A stretch of 64,000 nt of DNA from an uncultured bacterium (GTDB lineage: Bacteria > Fidelibacterota > Marinisomatia > Marinisomatales > UBA1611): assembly GCA_965660855.1 (NCBI GenBank), contig CBFIBM010000006.1, forward strand, positions 32,001 through 96,000, in the 5' to 3' direction. This document shows, piece after piece, positions 48,095 through 58,512 of this stretch; position 1 is the first letter of the stretch, and every line of letters starts with the position of its first letter. The notes under the pieces were generated by a model that searched no databases, was not told the origin of the DNA, and was given only the letters and a program-made list of their open reading frames with translations. The position numbers and the translations under genes were made by a program.

Positions 48095-49894
48095 TTAAAT
48101 TGGCCAAATTATTGGAAGGATAAAAATAGCCATTATCCAAAAAATAAAAGCTAATGGAAAACCAACTTTTATATAGTCACTAAACTTATAACCCCCTGGT
48201 CCATATACCATTAAGTTTGTTTGGTAACCAACGGGAGTAATAAATGATGCAGATGCAGCAAATGCAACAGCAAATATAAATGCACGAGGATTCATATCCA
48301 TTTGAGAAGTTACTGCAATCGCAATTGGGGTCATAATAATGGCCGTTGCTGCATTAGATGAAACCTCAGTTAATATGACAGTTAATAAATAAATTAAAGC
48401 CAATAAGACTCTTGGTTGCCACTCTTCAGGAGTTGATTCCACTATCGAAGTAATTAAACCTGCAATCCACATATCTGTTCCAGTATTTTTAATAGCAATA
48501 CCTACTGGGATTAGAGCAGAAATTAAAACTATAACTTGCCAATTTATTGCTTGATAACTTTCTTGTGGAGTGATGATTCTTAAAATGAGTAAAACCATTA
48601 CGCCTAGCATTGCACTTTTAACAATTGGCATAAAACCTAAAGCTGCAAACGCTATTGTCATAAAAATTACTACTATGGTCATCCACCAAAATCTCTGCTT
48701 TTTCAACTCAGCATTCATCTCTCCTAAGACTATAAAATCACCATTCTTATTTAGCTGATTAATTTTATTTTCAGGACCATAAACTAGAAGTGTATCATAT
48801 GCATGTAGAAGAACGTGGGCAATCTTCTTTCTAAAAATAGTACCCTCTCTCCTTATTGCTAAAATGAATGAACCAAAACGCCTTCTAAAATTTCCTGCCA
48901 TTAAACTTTTCCCAACGAGATCTGATTTATCAGTAATCAAACATTCTAATAGAACATTATCATCTTTTTCAAGTTCTTCTTGAGTTAATTTAACATCTGT
49001 TAACAAAGCAACTTTTTCAACTTCTTTCATTCTTAAAAAGTTATCCAATGTACCTCTTACAAATAAAATATCATTTTCTTTTAATCGAGTTAACCTTATA
49101 CTATTCGTTATCAATTTATCCTCTCGCAAAATATCTAAAACCATTACATCATAGTTTTTATTTATTCCTCTATCTAAACATGTTTTACCAACTAGTGGTG
49201 ATTCAGATGTCAGTTTCATTTCTGTAAGATAACCACCTAAATGATAACTTTTGGTTAAACTTGATGTTGTGGTTCTGGAGGGTAGAATTAGTGGAGCAAT
49301 AAATAGAATATATAATAATCCCACAATCATCAAAATAATACCATATTTAAAGAATTCAAACATTCCCAGTGGAACAGCTTCAGGGTAATTCATAAATATT
49401 GAATTCACAAGGAGGTTTGTTGATGTACCAACTAAAGTTAGCGTTCCTCCTAGAATGGATGCGTAACTTAAAGGTATCAACATTTTTGAGGGACTAAGTT
49501 TATATTTTTGTGCTAACCTTATTGTCACGGGCATGAACATCGCAACAATTGCAGTATTATTTACTACCGCCGATGCTAGTCCAATTGTAAACAAATAAAC
49601 TGTACGACCTAATATCATTGATTTATCAGCCAATCTTCGAACTCTAATAATTAAATATTCTAAAATTCTTGTTTTTTCTAAAGCTTTACTCAAAATAAAC
49701 AAAAATGCTATAGTTATCACCGCAGGGTTTGAAAAGCCTGAAAGAGCGTCTTGCGGAGTTAGACCTCCAACACCAGAAACAAAAAGAACAGTAAGTAGAA
49801 TCATTGCAGTTATATCAATTGAAAATAATTCAATAACAAATAATATAAAGCCTAAAGTGATGAGGCTAATAACAAATACAATTTCAGGAGTCAT
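48095..49894 (-). CDS. SLC13/DASS-family permease with two TrkA-C domains
   Basis: GFSN.AV, SAVVNNT, LIPLSYASILGG.LTLVGTSTNL, SPLVGK/SDLVGK TrkA-C repeats, SNAATA, SFITPVGYQTNLMVYGPGGY.F.D. Confidence 0.92.
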   Translation of the reverse strand: MTPEIVFVISLITLGFILFVIELFSIDITAMILLTVLFVSGVGGLTPQDALSGFSNPAVITIAFLFILSKALEKTRILEYLIIRVRRLADKSMILGRTVYLFTIGLASAVVNNTAIVAMFMPVTIRLAQKYKLSPSKMLIPLSYASILGGTLTLVGTSTNLLVNSIFMNYPEAVPLGMFEFFKYGIILMIVGLLYILFIAPLILPSRTTTSSLTKSYHLGGYLTEMKLTSESPLVGKTCLDRGINKNYDVMVLDILREDKLITNSIRLTRLKENDILFVRGTLDNFLRMKEVEKVALLTDVKLTQEELEKDDNVLLECLITDKSDLVGKSLMAGNFRRRFGSFILAIRREGTIFRKKIAHVLLHAYDTLLVYGPENKINQLNKNGDFIVLGEMNAELKKQRFWWMTIVVIFMTIAFAALGFMPIVKSAMLGVMVLLILRIITPQESYQAINWQVIVLISALIPVGIAIKNTGTDMWIAGLITSIVESTPEEWQPRVLLALIYLLTVILTEVSSNAATAIIMTPIAIAVTSQMDMNPRAFIFAVAFAASASFITPVGYQTNLMVYGPGGYKFSDYIKVGFPLAFIFWIMAIFILPIIWPI

Positions 49895-49922
49895 AATGTA
49901 AATATAATTAGTTTATTTAATA

Positions 49923-50243
49923 TTAGCTAAATGGATGAGAGCCATAAAAAGAATTTTTACCTTCTTTCTTGATTTTTGAGTCTTTTTTATTTCTAATTTC
50001 TTTATCACCAATAATTGAAGAAATAATTGTTTCTATAATGATAGGACGCTTTATATTGTTTAAAACAGCCATCACAAAAATTGGATATTCAGGTTCTGGA
50101 ATAATTTTTTCCCAATCATTGAATAATGTGGTATTATCCAAGAATGCATCAATATCTTTTTCTTTTTTAAGGTGCATTGAAACCTCTTCAAATAACTTCA
50201 AAAGGTGTAACTCTAATTCAATTTTAGTCAAATTTTTCAACAT
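49923..50243 (-). CDS. Hypothetical protein
   Basis: 106-aa ORF starting 5 nt after the HD-GYP gene, same strand, preceded by GGA. Confidence 0.65.
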   Translation of the reverse strand: MLKNLTKIELELHLLKLFEEVSMHLKKEKDIDAFLDNTTLFNDWEKIIPEPEYPIFVMAVLNNIKRPIIIETIISSIIGDKEIRNKKDSKIKKEGKNSFYGSHPFS

Positions 50244-50248
50244 TTTAA

Positions 50249-51853
50249 TTAAATCCCTTTTAAGCTTTTTTCATCAACTTTATCAATTTGATTAGAAGCA
50301 ACATATTTCTTAGCGTAGTGTTTATAGGTGCCAGACGAAACAAAAATTTCAAATAGATCTTTGTCAATGTGATAGTCGTCTTTCATAAATCCCATAATTC
50401 TCATAGCATCAGATAATTTTTTACCTTCTTTATAAGGCCTATCAGCTGCAGTTAATGCTTCGTATATATCCGCTATCGCCATTATTTTAGCCTGAGTAGA
50501 CATTTGATTTTCATTTAATCCTTTAGGATATCCTGTACCATCCATTTTTTCATGATGCCCACCTGCAAACTCAGGAACATTTTTTAGATTATTAGGATAT
50601 GGTAATTGTTCTAACATTTCAATTGTTATTACAATATGATCATTAATAATCTCTCTCTCTTCTGGTAATAAAGTTCCCTTCTTAATATTTAGATTTCTAA
50701 TTTCTTCATCTGTTAAAAGATTTTTTTCAATGCCGTTCATGATAACTTTTTTTAACCCAATAATCTGAACACGTTCTTGATCTTCAGGTTTCATAAATTC
50801 ACCACCTATATTACACTCTGATAAAAATTTTATATCTTGATCTATTTCACGAATTTCTTTTTCGTAATCTAATTTATTAAAGTCAGCTATATCTCCATCT
50901 ATTTGACTTTTTAAAAACTTAATTTCCAAATCTTTTTTTAATAATTCAGCTCTTGTTTTTATTAATTCTATACGATCAAATATTGTTTCAAGCTTTGTGC
51001 TTTTATCAACAATATGTGGAGGAGTAGCAACCTTACCGCAATCATGTAACCATGCAGCTATGTATAATTCATATCGCTCATCTTCCGTCATAGTGAAATC
51101 TTTATATTTCCCATTTTTTATCTTAGCGACAGCGTCAGCAAGCATCATCGTTATAATGGGTACTCTTTCGCAATGACCTCCTGTGTATTCAGATTTTTTA
51201 TCTATTGCTGTTGCAATTAATTTTATAAATGCTTCGAAAAGAGTTTTTAATTCTTCAACTAATCTTTTATTCGTCAATGCTACTGCGCCTTGGGATGCTA
51301 AAGATTCAATCTGTTCCTGCATTTCATTATTAAAAGAGATAACATCACCATGTTCATTTCGAGCATTAATTAGCTGCATTACACCAATTATCTCATTTTC
51401 ATGATTTTTTAATGGTACGGTTAAAAAAGATTTAGATCGATAGCCTGATTTCTTATCAAAGTTTTTTGTTCCTTCAAAGTCAAAGCCATCTTCTTTATAA
51501 GCATCTTTTATATTCACAGTTTTACCTGTCAGAGCTACATAAGCCGAAACATTTTTTTGATTTGGGGTTTTACTATCCAACCATAAATGCACTGGGTAAT
51601 ATGGTATTTCAACGTCCGAAGTCCCACCCATAACGGTGTTCATAGTATCATTACATAAAATTTCAAAATCTAAATCACCTTTATCATTCATCGAGTATAA
51701 CGTTCTACCATCAGCTTTGGTGATATTTTTTGCTTCATCTAATATCATCTCGAATAATCGATCTGTATTTTTCTCAGTTGAAAGAGCCATTCCTATTTCG
51801 CTTAGTCTGTGCAAGCGATCTTCTAAAAACTTAATTCTATTTAAAGCGTCCAT
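50249..51853 (-). CDS. GAF + HD-GYP cyclic-dinucleotide phosphodiesterase
   Basis: GAF (FD..SGYRSKS.L.VPL....IIGV.QLINA); YTGGHCERV, LHDCGK, HHEKMDGTGYPKGL, IADIYEALTA.DRPYK. Confidence 0.9.
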   Translation of the reverse strand: MDALNRIKFLEDRLHRLSEIGMALSTEKNTDRLFEMILDEAKNITKADGRTLYSMNDKGDLDFEILCNDTMNTVMGGTSDVEIPYYPVHLWLDSKTPNQKNVSAYVALTGKTVNIKDAYKEDGFDFEGTKNFDKKSGYRSKSFLTVPLKNHENEIIGVMQLINARNEHGDVISFNNEMQEQIESLASQGAVALTNKRLVEELKTLFEAFIKLIATAIDKKSEYTGGHCERVPIITMMLADAVAKIKNGKYKDFTMTEDERYELYIAAWLHDCGKVATPPHIVDKSTKLETIFDRIELIKTRAELLKKDLEIKFLKSQIDGDIADFNKLDYEKEIREIDQDIKFLSECNIGGEFMKPEDQERVQIIGLKKVIMNGIEKNLLTDEEIRNLNIKKGTLLPEEREIINDHIVITIEMLEQLPYPNNLKNVPEFAGGHHEKMDGTGYPKGLNENQMSTQAKIMAIADIYEALTAADRPYKEGKKLSDAMRIMGFMKDDYHIDKDLFEIFVSSGTYKHYAKKYVASNQIDKVDEKSLKGI

Positions 51854-51956
51854 AATTCATATTTTTTAATATTTTGGTGTTTAACAGATAATAATATCAG
51901 ATATTTTATCTACAATAAGAAATTAATTAATTAATTATTATCAACTAATTTACAAT

Positions 51957-54900
51957 ATGGAAAGTAACCTAAGTCATCGTATAAATGATGCTTTTAAATT
52001 AGCTATAAAAGATAAGATTGAACAAAATTTATTATTTGAATTAGCTAATGATTGTATAGCCAATCAATCTGATCAAGAAAGTTCTCATAAATTCTTAGAA
52101 TTAGCTCACCTCTCAAACGTAAGTAATCTTATCAATGAAAGGAATAAAACCGAAGAATGGTTTGATATTATTCATAAAATAATAGTCTTCTCTAATTTCC
52201 ATTTTGGATTTCTTCTTAGACAGAGATCTATAAAATATAAAAATAAAATTGCACTTAACCTCATTAAAGAAAATAAGGTTGTCAACATCTCTTATGAGCA
52301 ATTGTGGATGAAAGTTATTGAAGTTGAAAAAGCTATAAGGAGTATGAAAAATAATAGAAATAATATAGGAATACTTTCTAGTAATAATTTAAATGGTGTT
52401 TTAGTTGATTTTTCTTGTCTTTCATTTAATCATAAAGTGATACCTATTCCGGTGAACTCAACTCCTGAACATATTTTATATATTATAGATCATTCTGAAA
52501 TTGATATCATTTTTATAAGCGGAGATAATGCAGTACAATTCTTAAATAATTATGAAATAAAAAAGGATATTAAGATCGTTTATCTTGATGAGAATTATTA
52601 CACTCAAAATAAACTAGCTGCTCTATCCTGGGATGCATTTATTCAAAAAGGTGACCTTTTACAAAACTTTGATATAAATAAAAGTTTAAATCAATCTGAA
52701 ATGGGCTCTGTTGCGACTATTATGTATACATCCGGGACTACTGATAATCCGAAAGGAATTATATTTAATCATACAAATTTAATTACAAAGCGCTTTGCTC
52801 GTGCTTTCGCACTTCCAAATATTAATTCAGAAGATATATTTTTATGCTATCTACCTCTGTTCCATACTTTTGGAAGATTTTTTGAATTGATGGGCAGTAT
52901 ATTTTGGGGCGCAACCTATTCTTTTGCACAATCACCAGCATTCAATACTTTATTAAAAGATTTTAAAATTATCAAACCCTCCATTTTTATTAGTATACCT
53001 AAAAGATGGGTCCAGCTTTATGAATTGATCCAAACCAAAGTAGATATTGATATAAGTGACGATAAAGAGATTTACAAAGAATTAACCAAAATTACAGGAG
53101 GTCAATTACGATTAGGCTTATCAGCGGCAGGTTATTTAGATCCAGAAATTTTTAATTTTTTCCAAAATAATAAAATTAACCTTTTAAGCGGGTACGGAAT
53201 GACTGAGGCTACGGGTGGTATTACGATGACTCCAGAAAACGATTACAAAGAAAACTCTGTAGGAAAAGCTCTTCCTGGAGTTCAGCTGAGATTAGAAAAA
53301 GATGGGGAGCTGTGTATAAAAGGTCCGTATGTATCATCAGGGTATTATAAGGATAATAATTCTACTTTATTCAAAGATGGCTGGTTTCATACACAAGATA
53401 TTTTTTATGAGAAACTTAAACATTACTTCATTGTTGATAGAAAAAAAGATATTTATAAAAATTCTAGAGGACAGACTGTTGCTCCTCAAAAGATAGAAAA
53501 TCTCTTCCAAGATTTTGAATATATACAATCAGTTTTTCTTGTTGGCGATGGAAAGGAATATAATACTTTATTAATCTATCCAAATTACAATCATGAATCT
53601 CACAATTTAAAAAATTTAAATTCTCAAAAAATTCGCAATTTATTTAGCTCAATGATTTTGTCCGTAAATAGTTTCCTTTCCCCATATGAAAGAATAGTCA
53701 ATTATGTAGTCATTAATAGAGATTTTTCCAATGAATTAGATGAGTTGACATCAAAAAATACCTTTAAAAGAAAAAATATTTTACAAAACTTTAAAGAAAT
53801 AATATCTCCTCTTTACGAAAAAAATTATACATCGTTATACTATAATACTAAAGAATTACGAGTCCCAAATTGGCTTTTAAGAGAAATCGGATTTATTAAA
53901 ACAAATCTTAATTGGGATGGTGTGTATTTATCTATTGAAGGACAGAATAAAAAATTAATAATAAGATGGAATAATAGATCTATTCAAATAGGGGATTTCT
54001 TCTATGAAAATGAAATAGATATATTAGATATTGGAAGGTTCATTCAAGAACCAAACCTGTGGCTGGGAAATTTTCAATTTAGTGATTTTACTGGAAATTC
54101 AATTTTTCGTCTCAAACAATCCAAAAATTATAAAGAATTGAATTCAATAGACATTATAACGGGAACTTCATTTGGAAAAGTTGAAATTGATAGAAAAAAT
54201 AATGATAAACTCTACCAGTTACATGCAATTATTAGAAAATTTATTAATGATGATTCTAGTGTTTTTGATGATTTAAAAAAACTTATAGATGTAGGACTTG
54301 GTACATGGGATGGAGTCGCTTTAAAAACATTTTTACGCTATCAAAAACATTCAAATCCATATTTTAGAATAAAATTTTTAGAATCGATTGCTCCTATACT
54401 TAGTGGTGATATTCTAATTAGATCATTAAATGATTCATATGAATATCAAAAATCTATCGACTCAACAAAAGGCTTTTCATTTGATATTAAAAGGACAAGT
54501 GAAGAACACTATCAATCCTTCATAAAGTATTTAAATAAATCAATTATTTCAATATCAAAAAAAAATGAAGTTGAAAAAGATTTTATTAAAATTATTCTTT
54601 TAATGGTTGCTGATTTTGGAATATCACACCCTACCAAATTTGTATGGGCAAGATCTGAACTTATTAATTGGCACCTACAATCAATTCCAAAACCAATATA
54701 TTCAACTGCTCAAAAGGCATATTATTCTCTAATTAATGGATTTAGATCTTGGATAGGAACATCATCATCAATAACTGTAGACTTTGAAACTGGAAATGAA
54801 TATGGCTGGAAAGATGTCATTCAATTTGATGATAATGTGAGAACTGATAAAAAAATAAAAATATTAAAAATATTTGAAGAGACCTCCATAATAAGAGAAT

Positions 54901-56531
54901 CTATATTCCTTTTTTCTAAAAGCTACATTATTGGCTTAAATGATATACCACTAAATGGTATTTGGGTATCTCTCATTGATAATAAAGAAGGTAAAAGTGT
55001 TTTTAGGGTACTCATCAAAACAAGAACTTTTGGGACACACAATATAATAATCAATTTGAATAATGAATTAAGTAAAGAATTCATTGATGAAGAAACAAAA
55101 TTATTAATTAAAATGAGTGCAGGTCTCGAAGAAAAATCACTAGTAGAAAATTTTGGTGGATTTTGGCCTGAATATGGAATTTATTCTGAAGAATTTGTCC
55201 AAGGCGAAACTGTAGAAAATTATCTTCAGAGAAATAAAAATGAGATTCAAGACATCTCTAAAGTAGATAGATGGCAAATGAGATGGCTACACTTTATTTG
55301 GAGTGGTATTCAAGCTTACCAAGAATTCTGGTTTAGATCTAATTTCCAATTTGCTATTCAACCTCCATCTATAGAAAATCTGATCATTCCACATCATGAT
55401 TATAAAGTTGGTACTACATTAATTTCAATTTCAAATAGAAAAAAAGTTACATCAATTGCTGAACATTTTATTTTACTTTACACAGATTACATCATTAAAA
55501 CAGAGCGTCGCTTCCAAGGATTAAAAAAAATGTCTGATTGGGAGGTCATATTTACGGCTACTCTTGAAGCAATAAAGTTAAAAAAAGGAATAGAAGTATT
55601 AAAAAAACTTAAACTAGAGATTCAAAAAAGTGACATCGCTAAAAGAGCCAATGCAATTGGCCTTACTGAATTACGAATCAATGAATTTTTAAATGATGTT
55701 GAAAAGTATGGAGTTTTAATAAAGCCCGTTATTTTTGCCTCTTTGAGATATGAAAGATGGCTAGAATTAAATCCAAATGCAACCTTAAATGCTAGAGCAG
55801 CTATCTTACAAGAACTATATGGTGATTACAACCTAGATTATTTTGTTGATGATTATCCAGAAACACGAGTGCGGTTTTTTATGATGAACTGCTTTAAACA
55901 TTCAAGCGAAGATTTAAAATCTAGTTTTCAAAAAATTATAAAAGATATGAGAGGAAAAGACCTAAGCCCTTGGAATTTGCATGAAAGAATTGCTTTAATA
56001 CAGTCTGAAATTAATCTAAATAAAACTGAAAATTTCTTTTTAGCAAGAATGTTATTTCCTCATGTAGATTCAGCCGAATATGTAGAACTCGTGACCACTC
56101 AGTATGGAAAAACAGAAAAATTAAATTTAGTGATGCAAACAGAATGTCTCGATGGAAAAATATATAATATTAGGCCTCCATTTATTCCAAAAGAAATTGC
56201 ACATTTCCATACTATTCTGATAGAATCATCATTAAATATTACATTTACTTCCGAACATGATTTTCTTTTAGCATTTAATAATCGAAATAGAATTGCTGGC
56301 GGTTTATATTGGAAAAAAATTGATTATGAAACAGTTCATCTAGAATGGGTTGCAATAAAAGATAAATATCAGAAAATATCTCTTAGTAAGCGTTTGATGT
56401 CAGAGTTTTTTAAAAGGAAAAAGCATCAAGGAATTAAAATTGTAACTGTAGGTTTTTATGCAGAAACTTTTTTCGCAAAACACGGTTTTAAAATTGATAA
56501 ACGTTTTGCCGGGTTCGTAAGAAAAATTTAA
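51957..56531 (+). CDS. Multidomain protein: long-chain acyl-CoA synthetase-like AMP-binding domain, long central region, C-terminal GNAT
   Basis: YTSGTTDNPKG, YLPLFH, GYGMTE, GEL..KGP.V..GYY, DGWFHT.D, DRKKD...P.KIE; C-terminal V.LEWVAI..KYQ...LSKRLM...FF.KHGF. Confidence 0.82.
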   Translation: MESNLSHRINDAFKLAIKDKIEQNLLFELANDCIANQSDQESSHKFLELAHLSNVSNLINERNKTEEWFDIIHKIIVFSNFHFGFLLRQRSIKYKNKIALNLIKENKVVNISYEQLWMKVIEVEKAIRSMKNNRNNIGILSSNNLNGVLVDFSCLSFNHKVIPIPVNSTPEHILYIIDHSEIDIIFISGDNAVQFLNNYEIKKDIKIVYLDENYYTQNKLAALSWDAFIQKGDLLQNFDINKSLNQSEMGSVATIMYTSGTTDNPKGIIFNHTNLITKRFARAFALPNINSEDIFLCYLPLFHTFGRFFELMGSIFWGATYSFAQSPAFNTLLKDFKIIKPSIFISIPKRWVQLYELIQTKVDIDISDDKEIYKELTKITGGQLRLGLSAAGYLDPEIFNFFQNNKINLLSGYGMTEATGGITMTPENDYKENSVGKALPGVQLRLEKDGELCIKGPYVSSGYYKDNNSTLFKDGWFHTQDIFYEKLKHYFIVDRKKDIYKNSRGQTVAPQKIENLFQDFEYIQSVFLVGDGKEYNTLLIYPNYNHESHNLKNLNSQKIRNLFSSMILSVNSFLSPYERIVNYVVINRDFSNELDELTSKNTFKRKNILQNFKEIISPLYEKNYTSLYYNTKELRVPNWLLREIGFIKTNLNWDGVYLSIEGQNKKLIIRWNNRSIQIGDFFYENEIDILDIGRFIQEPNLWLGNFQFSDFTGNSIFRLKQSKNYKELNSIDIITGTSFGKVEIDRKNNDKLYQLHAIIRKFINDDSSVFDDLKKLIDVGLGTWDGVALKTFLRYQKHSNPYFRIKFLESIAPILSGDILIRSLNDSYEYQKSIDSTKGFSFDIKRTSEEHYQSFIKYLNKSIISISKKNEVEKDFIKIILLMVADFGISHPTKFVWARSELINWHLQSIPKPIYSTAQKAYYSLINGFRSWIGTSSSITVDFETGNEYGWKDVIQFDDNVRTDKKIKILKIFEETSIIRESIFLFSKSYIIGLNDIPLNGIWVSLIDNKEGKSVFRVLIKTRTFGTHNIIINLNNELSKEFIDEETKLLIKMSAGLEEKSLVENFGGFWPEYGIYSEEFVQGETVENYLQRNKNEIQDISKVDRWQMRWLHFIWSGIQAYQEFWFRSNFQFAIQPPSIENLIIPHHDYKVGTTLISISNRKKVTSIAEHFILLYTDYIIKTERRFQGLKKMSDWEVIFTATLEAIKLKKGIEVLKKLKLEIQKSDIAKRANAIGLTELRINEFLNDVEKYGVLIKPVIFASLRYERWLELNPNATLNARAAILQELYGDYNLDYFVDDYPETRVRFFMMNCFKHSSEDLKSSFQKIIKDMRGKDLSPWNLHERIALIQSEINLNKTENFFLARMLFPHVDSAEYVELVTTQYGKTEKLNLVMQTECLDGKIYNIRPPFIPKEIAHFHTILIESSLNITFTSEHDFLLAFNNRNRIAGGLYWKKIDYETVHLEWVAIKDKYQKISLSKRLMSEFFKRKKHQGIKIVTVGFYAETFFAKHGFKIDKRFAGFVRKI

Positions 56532-57046
56532 CTGTAAAGCATGAAATAGATGATTACACCTGTTATTGAAACATAAAGCCATATAGGAAATGTAATTTTA
56601 GCAATTTTTCGATGTTTATCTATTTGTGTATTCAGGCCTCTGTAAACTGTAAATAAAGCAAGAGGAATTATAATTGCAGCCAAAACTATATGAGTAAATA
56701 AAATTACAAAATAAATAGTTTCATAATTACCCGTATATAATCTTGGCCCGCTTTTAAACCAATGATATATCACATATGAGACTAAAAAGAGAGATGAAGT
56801 TCCAAATGCAGTAAGCATTACTATCTTATGCTTTTCAATCATATTATTTCTTATTAAAAAATAACCAATCACTAAAAGAATTGTAGTAACTCCATTCAGT
56901 GATGCATTTACAATAGGAAGAAATGAAACATCCATACTCCCTTCAATTCCGTCTGGTCTTGGTCCTAAAATTAAAAAGGCAACAACCAAACTGATTACAA
57001 TGGATATAACATAAATTATTCTTGTCCAAAAAGATTCATTTTTCAT
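56528..57046 (-). CDS. DUF420 membrane protein (CtaM/YozB-like oxidase assembly factor)
   Basis: LP.VNA.LN, H...M..AF..S.LFL.SY..YH, H.KIA...PIWLYVS.TG...Y.MLY. Confidence 0.85.
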   Translation of the reverse strand: MKNESFWTRIIYVISIVISLVVAFLILGPRPDGIEGSMDVSFLPIVNASLNGVTTILLVIGYFLIRNNMIEKHKIVMLTAFGTSSLFLVSYVIYHWFKSGPRLYTGNYETIYFVILFTHIVLAAIIIPLALFTVYRGLNTQIDKHRKIAKITFPIWLYVSITGVIIYFMLYS

Positions 57047-57924
57047 AATAGTTTATCTATAATTATTGTTAAAAAAAGTAAAGGCAAGTAAAAAACAGAC
57101 ATCTTTAAAAGAATTCTTGCATTATCAAAGGTATAGTTTCTCATCAATGGAATTCCTGATAATAAATATAGTAGACCAAAACTTAGAGCACCCCAAAAAT
57201 AAAAATTTCCTAAAATTCCATTGTAGTTCAACATAAGTGAAACAGGTATTAATAGTAGTGAGTGCCAGAAAATTTGTCTATTTGTTCTGCTCCCATTTGA
57301 TTCTACTGCAGGTAGCATTTGCATATTTGCTTTTTTATAGTCTTCCTTGTACATTAGTGCAATTGCATAAAAATGAGGATGCTGCCACAAAAATAATATA
57401 GTAAATAATATCCATGCTTCTGGTTGAATTATACCTGAAGCTGCAGCCCAACCACCTAATGGAGGTATTGCTCCAGGTATCGCTCCAATTGATGTGTTCA
57501 ACCATGTTATTTTTTTTAATGGAGTATATACAAAAAGATAGAGTATTGCAGTTAAAATAGATAAAACTGAGGTTAATTTATTTATGAAAATAAAGAGTAT
57601 AATAGAACCGAATAACACCAAGAAAACACCAAAAAACAACACAACTTTTGATTCAATCATTCCCGAGGGTATTGGTCTTAGTTTGGTACGATTCATTAAG
57701 CTATCAGTTTTAGCCTCTAAAAAATGGTTTAATGCTCCAGACCCGGAAGAAACAAAACTCGAACCAATTAATGTAATAAACAGTTTAAAGTAATTAATAT
57801 CCCCATCTGAACCTAAGTAAAACCCAAGTGCAGTAGATATCAAAATGAGAAAAGTTATACTCGGTTTGGTTAATTCATAAAATGCATTAAAAAGAGAAGT
57901 TGCTTTTTTGGGGTTTCTTTTCAT
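57043..57924 (-). CDS. ctaB: Protoheme IX farnesyltransferase (heme o synthase)
   Basis: LTKP, N...E...D..M.RT..RPIPSG, YT.LK, G..PGAIPPL.GW, LWQ.PHF.A.A....DY. Confidence 0.93.
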   Translation of the reverse strand: MKRNPKKATSLFNAFYELTKPSITFLILISTALGFYLGSDGDINYFKLFITLIGSSFVSSGSGALNHFLEAKTDSLMNRTKLRPIPSGMIESKVVLFFGVFLVLFGSIILFIFINKLTSVLSILTAILYLFVYTPLKKITWLNTSIGAIPGAIPPLGGWAAASGIIQPEAWILFTILFLWQHPHFYAIALMYKEDYKKANMQMLPAVESNGSRTNRQIFWHSLLLIPVSLMLNYNGILGNFYFWGALSFGLLYLLSGIPLMRNYTFDNARILLKMSVFYLPLLFLTIIIDKLL

Positions 57925-58512
57925 TTAAGTTCTAATTTTTTTTACTAACCTGGTTATATCTTCTCTCAAAATTGATACACTAGCTTTATCTGTTCCATCG
58001 AAATATTTTCTAATTTTACCATTATCATCAATAAGAATGAATTTTATTGCATGACCACGAGGAAGTTCATCTGCAAAAAGCATAAAACCATCCTTTTTAA
58101 GTATTTTAATCGATTCCAAATCAGAAAATAGAAAATTCCATCTATCATCTTTAACACCATTTAAAGAAGCATATTCTTTAAGAATACTTTGAGTATCATT
58201 TTCAGGATCAACAGTAATCGAAATAAATTGAACTTCTGGAACTTTTTCAAAATCTTTATAAAGGGTCGACATATTACTTGTCATCATTGGACATGGTCCT
58301 GGACAAGTTGTAAAAATAAAATCCAAAACTGTTATCTTATTATTCAATTCTTTATCAGTAAAATTTTTTCCATTTTGATTTTTAAAAGAAAATTCTGGTA
58401 CTGATTTTATTATTGGTATTTCATAGGATGAATTTGCTTTATTTATAACCCAGGTTGCACCCAAGCCAAGAATTAAAATAGGAGTTAATATTAAAAATAT
58501 GTTTTTATTCAT
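57925..58512 (-). CDS. SCO1/SenC copper chaperone
   Basis: N-terminal TM; DFIFTTCPGPCP (CxxxC), SITVDPEND, conserved His in GHAIKF. Confidence 0.92.
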   Translation of the reverse strand: MNKNIFLILTPILILGLGATWVINKANSSYEIPIIKSVPEFSFKNQNGKNFTDKELNNKITVLDFIFTTCPGPCPMMTSNMSTLYKDFEKVPEVQFISITVDPENDTQSILKEYASLNGVKDDRWNFLFSDLESIKILKKDGFMLFADELPRGHAIKFILIDDNGKIRKYFDGTDKASVSILREDITRLVKKIRT

